Shown piece after piece: positions 57,715 through 64,000 of a stretch of DNA of 64,000 bases. The position numbers and the translations under genes are program-made. Every line of letters starts with the position of its first letter. The first letter of the stretch is position 1. Source of the stretch: the human T2T-CHM13v2.0 reference genome, Homo sapiens. The notes below the pieces were generated by a model, which saw only the letters and a list, made by a program, of their open reading frames with translations, was not told the DNA's origin and made no database searches. Location of the stretch: NCBI RefSeq assembly GCF_009914755.1, contig NC_060936.1; one strand, written 5' to 3'.

Positions 57715-57759
57715 CTGGTCAACAAAGAGCAAAACTCTGTCTCAAAAAAAAAAAAAAAA
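57715..57759 (+). mobile_element. Alu 3'-terminal remnant with poly-A
   Basis: caacaaagagcaaaactctgtctc(A)16 resembles the Sq/Sp-type Alu end. Confidence 0.8.
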
Positions 57760-58136
57760 GGAATCAGTCAATGTAACCAACTTAATTGTTGTTTTATTTT
57801 CACAAATTGCCATGGTCACCCCAATCTTCAGCAACCACCACCTTGATCAGTCAGCAGCCATCAACATTGAGGTAAGACCCTCCTCCAGCAGAGAGAATTA
57901 CAACTTGTTAGAGGCTCAGATAATACTCAAGTTTTTAGCGATAAGGTATTTTTAAATTAAGTTGTGTACATTGTTCTTTAGATATAATTCTATTCCAAGG
58001 TTAATATATTATGGTATAGCATAAACATAACTATAATATTCACTGGGAAACAACAATTTTATGGGACTTGCATTACTGCAATATTCATTTTGCAGGTGTC
58101 TGGAACCAAACTTGCAATATGTATGAAGTATATTTA
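57760..58136 (+). mobile_element. Tigger1 3' part
   Basis: cttcagcaaccaccaccttgatcagtcagcagccatcaacattgagg; decayed TIR gcaatatgtatgaagtat. Confidence 0.92.
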
Positions 58137-58152
58137 TATTTCCACTGACATT

Positions 58153-58200
58153 ATATATGTGTGTGTGTGTATATATATACACACACACACACACATATAT
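58153..58200. repeat. (GT)6(AT)4(AC)8 self-complementary microsatellite
   Basis: Read directly. Confidence 0.9.
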
Positions 58201-58486
58201 ACACATGTAAATTTCTGTTGACACAATACCGTAATTATAGTTTCATGTTATTACACAGGTTTCTCAAACATAATTATCCATTAATGTGGATGTTTTCTAT
58301 TAAAGTGATTAAACTGAAATTTCAACCCCTCATTTTGTCATAGAAGCATGCTGAATAGACCTGGAGAAAAATTCAAAATCCTGACAATTGTTACTACTTT
58401 AAATTACTGACCATGAATAACAAATGAACACTCACTACTGCAAAAATCTTAATTACAACTGATGGAATAGCCTTAAACTTCACTGA

Positions 58487-58866
<380 letters not shown>

Positions 58867-59049
58867 TGTCTACAAAACTCTTTTAACAAAGTTTTACCAA
58901 ACTTTCTCATGCTAATTCTTCTTATTCATATAAGTTACTCCCTCTGCGTTAATTCATCCTCATCGGTGTTTAATACTGTTTTAATATTTTTATGCTTTCA
59001 AAAATAAACCCCTCTACTACTTCATTTGTCTCTCTAGTAACCATATTTC

Positions 59050-59615
59050 TACATTGGAAAATATCTCAAAATATTTATTTTCTCATTTTACAATATCTTC
59101 TCAACTCGCTTTTATAGAACATCCATATCACCAAAGGCACTAAAATAGTCCTCATTTTACCTGATGTTCTAACAATTATGTGATTCCTTCTTGAATGATT
59201 CTCTTCTCGTCTTTAGTGGTACTACATTCTTCTTATTTCTTTCATACCATGCAAAGCCTTTCAATCCCAGGCTCATTTGCCGGCTTCTTTTCCTCTGAAT
59301 AATATGTTTGGAGTATTTCTTGACTGATCATGGATCTCTTTTTCTTCTCAATCTATACTTTCCCTGCAGATAATCTTCTCCGGTTCCATGGCTTTACATA
59401 TAATCTTTCCTGTTGACTACCAAATTTAGGTCTGCAACCTGACCTTTTTCCACTGTGCTTTAAATATGATTCTCCATCTGCATACTGATCTCAATTCCTG
59501 GCTCTCTAACAAGGATTTTAAAATTCAAACACGGCAAAATAGAACAATTGACTCTACCATATCGTTGCAAATCTGACCTTACTCCAGTCTTCCATATCTT
59601 AACATGGAATTCTTT
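59050..59615 (+). mobile_element. L2 fragment
   Basis: cttctcaatctatactttccctg...ttccatggcttta...ctccagtcttcc. Confidence 0.55.
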
Positions 59616-59659
59616 CAGTTAAAACTCTTTGAGTTAAAATCAAAGTATTAAATTTTTAT

Positions 59660-59826
59660 CTTAATGTTTTATTCTAACAAAAATGCATAACATAAAGTTT
59701 ACCATAGTAACTATTTCTGAGGTACGGTTCTGTAGTATTAAGTATATTCACTTTGTTGCACAACTAATCTCCAGAACATTTTCATCTTTCAGAACTGAAA
59801 CTCTATACCTCTTAAACAACTCCCCA
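59660..59826 (-). mobile_element. L1MB-type 3' end
   Basis: taacataaagtttacca...attaagtatattcac...ctccagaacattttcatc...aactgaaactctatac. Confidence 0.8.
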
Positions 59827-61025
59827 AGAGGAAAGATTTATTGACATATGTAACAATACAGATGAATTTCTAAATTATACTGAGAGAAGCTAAACAAAAA
59901 AGTACATACTATATGACTTCATTTATATAAGATTCTAAAAATGCAAACTTATCCATAGTGACAGAAAGCAGATCAGCTGTTGCCTGGGAACCAGAAAGGT
60001 GGGGGTGGAAGAATTGGTGTGAGGAATTGCAAAGGATCACAAAATTTTTGTGGGTAACAGACGTGTTCATTATTTTGATTGTCATGATGGTTTCAGTAGT
60101 ATATACACGTGTCTACACTTATCAAATCTCACACTTTAAATATGTGTAGCCTAATTTATGCCAATTATACTGCAAATATGACATTTATAATAAGTTCACA
60201 CATAAAACCTCTAAAAATTAGAAAGAAAATAATCCAATATGTAAAGGCAAAAATATTTGTTCAAAATCTTCACAAAATAAGATATCCAAATGACCAATAC
60301 CATGTAAGAGAATATTCCATATTATTTCTCATCAAAAATATTCATTCACCATATTTAGCAAAATTTATTAAAATAATCATTTCAAGATTTGAGGGAATGT
60401 GAAATTCATATACAACTGAAAGAACCGGAAATTAGCAAAAGCAGTTTGAGAAACTGGCAATACATACTAATGCTGAAAATGTACTCATCTTATGACTCAA
60501 GAATTCCACTCCTAGTTTCATATTCAAGAAGTATATGCATATAGCATCAAAAGATACACATTCGATTGCTCGACAGCTCTCTGCAACAGACAAAAACTGG
60601 AAATTATCCAAATGTCCTCCCGCAGTAAAACTGATGAATATCTTTTAAAATATTTACATAATAGAATAAAATATATCAATGAGAATGAGCAAACTTTTGC
60701 TATACGTGACAACATGAGTGAGTCTCAAACCTAATGTTGAGAAAAGATGTAATAAACAAATATTATGTCTTGTATAATTTTATTTATATAGGCTGCAAAA
60801 ATGGTTACATTTTATTTTGGAAAAAGTAGTCAATCTACTGATTATCTTTGGGGTAGACTGAGTTTAATAACTAGGAAGAGGTACAAAATAATCTTTCAAA
60901 TATTGGTAATATTTTATTTCCTGTTAGAGTTATATTAATTATAGACATGCATTCACTGTGCAAAGGTACTGGGTTGTTCACTTAAGAATTTGCAATTTCT
61001 GAATATGTGTTATGCTTCAGTAAAA
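59827..61025 (+). mobile_element. L1MC/ME-type 3' fragments
   Basis: atagtgacagaaagcagatcag..gttgcctggg; aattccactcctag; tatccaaatgtcc. Confidence 0.7.
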
Positions 61026-61628
61026 CTTTATATGTATGTGTGTGTCTGTATATATATATGCACACATATAGCTACACATAAAGTATATCACAAAAATATA
61101 GAATAAAATTTATTGTGATTTATGTTCTTTAGAACATATTATTTTTTATGAAAATATAACTTGAAATATTTTGTGAACAATTATTGCTAAGACAAGGACC
61201 CATTTTTTCCTGATAATGAAAACAAAACACGTGCATAAGGTTAAAAAGTTCCAGTAAAAAAACAAAGTCATTTGAATAATTACTCATCCCAGGAAAGCTG
61301 CTCCAATTGGCATTGGTAAAGTATATAATGCACTTATTTTTCTCAAAGGAATACACCATTATAGCACAGATATTTATGTGTATTCATTTCACATTATTTA
61401 TGAAACTTCTTGAGGCTCTGACTTAGAGAAAGCAACCAGCTGTTTTTGTGATTTGCAAAATGAATGTCTTAAAGAAAAAAAAGGCAAAAAGTAGTATTTT
61501 ATCATTTATATTGTCTTATTGCTTTTTTACTCACTTTCTTAATATGAATACCATGCATTATTTTCTACATTGTGTACTGTTCATATACGATGAAAACTGC
61601 TATCAGGACTTAAAATTACATCATGTAA

Positions 61629-61631
<3 letters not shown>

Positions 61632-61673
<42 letters not shown>
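61632..61673. repeat. (AT)21 perfect microsatellite
   Basis: Read directly. Confidence 0.97.
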
Positions 61674-61675
<2 letters not shown>

Positions 61676-62073
61676 ATGTGATTAGCCATGGTGGAAAGAG
61701 TGTGGATTTCACAATTGCAATGAAACAGTTTGAATATATGTAAATTTGGGCAAGCTGCATACTATTGCCATGGCTCTGTGTAATCATCTATGAGAGGGAG
61801 ATGGTAATACTAACCCTACCTGTATGCAAATGTAAACATTATATGTAAATATATAAAAATTGATATTCTAAATGCTTACCATTACTATGTCATGCACTAC
61901 TAAGAAGTTTTACTGGGCCATGCATTACTAGTGTTTTACATCAAAAGATAAGTTTGGAATAGATTGATTTAAACATTGATTAAAAGATGAACAATACGAA
62001 GGCTAAGGGATTGTAGAACAGTGACCCTTCAACAGGAACAGTGTCCTAAATGAGTGCCCTTTTTGCTAAATGA

Positions 62074-62358
<285 letters not shown>

Positions 62359-62829
62359 ATCATTCTGTTTTTGTAACTGTAACTGAGCACTTTGGCCTCA
62401 GTAAAAAAGAATGACTGGAAACAACTTGGCTATCCAAGTAACAACAATTGTGTCAATAAACTTAGTTTAGAGATATTTACCACTAAATAAAATCTTTACC
62501 CTTCATGAGTACCAGTTTTTTTTTAACTTTTTTTTACTCTCTACATAGACAGTAAAATAAGTTAGAGAGTAAAATAAATAATAAGAATTTATTTAGCTTC
62601 TCCTATACAGTAAGATTTGTTCTAACATTTGTATTGGTGAATGAGTATTCCAAAATGATATGTCAGCCATCCAATATATAGACCAAATACAAGTTGAACA
62701 ATAGTATAGCTATAGATGCAAATATAGATATTGAGGTAGGTAGAATGAAACTATTTTTTACAAGCAATGTTTGCCTACTTAGGTGTTTTGTACTTGCTGA
62801 TCTCTCCAAGTATACTCCTCCTCCATATA

Positions 62830-63337
62830 CTGTGTAACATTCCCTCTTACCACTTCCAGGCTTTTACAAGTGTCACTATGGCTGAGCTTCCCATGCCCTG
62901 CCCATTTTCCTTCAGCAATTCTGATTCGCCTATATGTTTGAGACCTTTTGCTGCATGCGTCTGAGATGTTGCTTTCATTGGCCAATGGTGCATGATTGAC
63001 ATGCATACAGGTCAGGCCAGAAGGTAAAAAATGTTCCCCAAAGCAGCCTTCAGTTAATTAGAGAAGGGAATTAGTAGCCAAGTGCCTCCCATTTCCCTCA
63101 ATCTTTGGATGATAAAATATGAGACATGGTTCACACAGTCTCCCAGAATTCCATAGAAGGATGGAGCCTGGGTTGCCTGTGGCAGCTTCCTGATCATTTG
63201 TACACTTTTTATTGGAATCCTTTCCTTCTCAGCACTTGCCTGTTTCCTGCCATGGTTCTTGGGAATCACCACACACAACTTACTTGTACCTAATTTCTTG
63301 CTTCAGAGTTAGTTTCCTGGAAATCTTACCTAAGATA
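62830..63337 (+). mobile_element. LTR16-type ERVL LTR
   Basis: ggccagaag...gcagccttcag; cacagtctcccaga; tttattgg; tcttgcttcagag...acctaaga. Confidence 0.65.
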
Positions 63338-63339
63338 GT

Positions 63340-63625
63340 CACATTCTTAAATGCAAAATTTACTTTCACCACCCTCATTAAAAGTGCAACTCCAACCTAA
63401 ACCAAGCATAGCCTTCTCCTTACCCTATCTTAATATGCTTCATTGCATTGTTTTGAAATGAAAAATTATATCATTTACTCTTTACTTACTACCTGAATCC
63501 CTCACTGGAAAGTAAAGCTATGAGAGCAGGAACTTTTGTTTGTTTGCTGTATCTCTAGTACCTATAATTAAACCTGCTGAATGGAGGGTGCTCAATGAAT
63601 TATTTTTGAAGAAATAAATTATTAA
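63340..63625 (+). mobile_element. L2 3' end
   Basis: aagctatgagagcaggaac...gctgtatctctagtaccta...gtgctcaatgaattatttttgaagaaataaat. Confidence 0.7.
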
Positions 63626-63709
63626 AATGAATCTCAGCAAAAAACTAAGCTAACATCAATATTTTCTTCTAAGATTGACAAAGTAGACTTTGAAATTGGC
63701 AAGGAGATA

Positions 63710-63751
63710 GTGTTTAACTCAACTTTATGTGTGTTTAACTCAACTTTATGT
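63710..63751. repeat. Perfect 21-bp tandem duplication (gtgtttaactcaactttatgt) x2
   Basis: Read directly. Confidence 0.95.
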
Positions 63752-64000
63752 TTCTTCCCCAGACAAATCAAAGAAATCTGAGTCTAATATAATGAATGTT
63801 AAAACATACATTTCATTAAAGCTTTGAGTCTTGCTTAAATATAATTTTAAATTGTCAAGGAAAGCCAAGAATTGGAACCTTCTATTTTACAACTCAAATA
63901 GCTAGGCTTCAGATCTTTATCATTGAGGAGTACATGATTCAAGCAATTATTAAATCTACAGATGTTCAGCTATAAGCTTTTACAAGATCTCTTGTCACTG

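Noticed and set aside
56914-57732. 272-aa ORF as a host gene
   Set aside because: It is L1 ORF2p C-terminal sequence from a truncated insertion, with a non-ATG start in junction DNA and no endonuclease or RT domain

Overview
AT-rich, CpG-depleted primate (most likely human or great-ape) genomic DNA of intronic or gene-desert type, with no CpG island and no recognisable protein-coding or structural RNA gene. Nearly every ORF in the track is Alu-, L1-, LTR- or microsatellite-derived; the only long one (56914-57732, minus) is the C-terminus of L1 ORF2p. The window is a layered transposon record. It holds about 19 Alu copies or fragments (J/S/Y), six or more L1 segments, MaLR elements (MLT1, MSTA), ERV LTRs (MER21, MER34, MER11, LTR16), DNA transposons (Tigger1, MER47, MER20, MER5, a micro-MADE1) and MIR/L2 relics. 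Three multi-level nests stand out: 13.0-15.3 kb, 24.4-28.0 kb and 52.5-58.1 kb. The most notable observations are: a rearranged Tigger1/L1PB/L1PA/Alu nest with a deletion junction; two Alus of different age at one target site; an intact MER11 solo LTR inside an MSTA LTR; a 17-bp mariner remnant; motif-bearing perfect minisatellites; a de novo G4 motif in an AluJ; and a speculative in-frame chain of four minus-strand exon candidates. I do not see convincing evidence of a new biological system. All family and subfamily calls are by eye from remembered consensus sequences, and boundaries of old elements are approximate.
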